From Salisapilia sapeloensis CBS 127946 (taxonomy: Eukaryota; Protista; Oomycota): 52,088 nucleotides of DNA. Under the pieces are notes generated by a model, which saw only the letters and a list, made by a program, of their open reading frames with translations, searched no databases and had not been told where the DNA came from. Where the stretch lies: positions 1-52,088 of the forward strand of contig JAADVB010000127.1 in assembly GCA_023334545.1 (NCBI GenBank), given 5' to 3'. A program made the translations under genes and the position numbers. Of the stretch, positions 51,486 to 52,088 are shown piece by piece (position 1 is the stretch's first letter; each line of letters begins with the position of its first letter).

Positions 51486-52088
51486 TTAGACAGCTTCGTT
51501 GGGCTGTAGCTTGGTTTCTGGCGAAAGCACAATCTGCCAGCTCTTCGCATCGTTTGCAAAACTCTTTCCAGAACGCTTCTTTACGATGCGAGATCCGACG
51601 ACGAAGATGATTGCGGCCATAATGGCACCCACAACGAGGATCGTAACGATCAGAGCAATTTCGCCAGCTGAAGTACCATTCGAAGTATCCTCGCCAATCT
51701 CGTTCTTGGCAAAGCCAGCGTGCGTTGTTGCTTCATTCACAACAGTTTTCACAGCATCGCCAGTGGCTATGAAAGAAGTAGGGTCACTTGCAACATCCAC
51801 CAGGACAGGATCCGCTTCGGTCTCCGCATCTGCGTTTCGATCCACAACATGCTCAACACCAGCATACCCACCATCCCTAGTCTTATAAGGCGTTCCGCTT
51901 TGCACATAGCCATCGCCACGTAAGCTACCCCATACTCCACCGTAACCTCCACCATCCGTCGGTACTGGTGTATCGCTCGGGCATGGCGTCTCGCTACCAC
52001 TTCCGGACGAACCGTGGCTGCTGCCGGATGAACCTTGGCTGCCAGAGTGGCTATCGCTCGGGCATGGCGTCTCGCTACCACTTCCGGA
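51486..52088 (-). CDS. 3' part (partial) of a single-pass membrane protein with a Ser/Gly-rich repetitive ectodomain (mucin/adhesin-like)
   Basis: The frame of ORF 51486-51905 stays open to the window edge: SGSGSETPCPSDSHSGSQGSSGSSHGSSGSGSETPCPSD...; TM IALIVTILVVGAIMAAIIFVVG followed by SRIVKKR; short cytosolic tail. Confidence 0.65.
   Translation of the reverse strand, partial: SGSGSETPCPSDSHSGSQGSSGSSHGSSGSGSETPCPSDTPVPTDGGGYGGVWGSLRGDGYVQSGTPYKTRDGGYAGVEHVVDRNADAETEADPVLVDVASDPTSFIATGDAVKTVVNEATTHAGFAKNEIGEDTSNGTSAGEIALIVTILVVGAIMAAIIFVVGSRIVKKRSGKSFANDAKSWQIVLSPETKLQPNEAV
51971..52088. repeat. 81-bp-period coding repeat (27 aa)
   Basis: TATCGCTCGGGCATGGCGTCTCGCTACCACTTCCGGA occurs exactly at 51971-52007 and 52052-52088; the array probably continues beyond the window. 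Confidence 0.85.

Overview
Gene-dense eukaryotic DNA, most consistent with an oomycete-like stramenopile (inferred from short 50-76 nt GT-AG introns, GTAC/GTAA-rich donors with CTAAC branch points, compact intergenic gaps, and a flagellum-associated RP2 gene). By splicing manually I rebuilt 23 protein-coding genes, two of them cut by the window edges. Conserved genes include DES1, CYP59/PPIL4, CDC73, RPB2, Yippee, a cyclin A-like gene, type I DnaJ, RPL31, RP2/XRP2, a RhoGEF and a GNL3/NUG1-type GTPase. A ~730 bp MITE-like element with 74 bp terminal inverted repeats sits in the RPB2 promoter. The most interesting signals are: (1) a voltage-sensor/adenylyl-cyclase fusion that has lost both metal-binding aspartates but keeps the partner-half Lys/Asp/Asn/Arg, suggesting an obligate heterodimer subunit; (2) a heme oxygenase fold with proximal His->Tyr and distal Gly->His; (3) a natural 'mini-SLX4' (FHA+UBZ4+MLR-like, no SAP/SBD); (4) a SAPS/PP6-regulator fold carrying two PH domains and a degenerate FYVE; (5) an ICE2/NARG2-like gene with extra CCCH fingers inside a run of Pol II elongation genes; (6) an 8-TM tandem tetraspanin. 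Family assignments come from motif recognition against remembered consensus sequences; no database searches were run. No tRNA, rRNA or CRISPR array was recognised.
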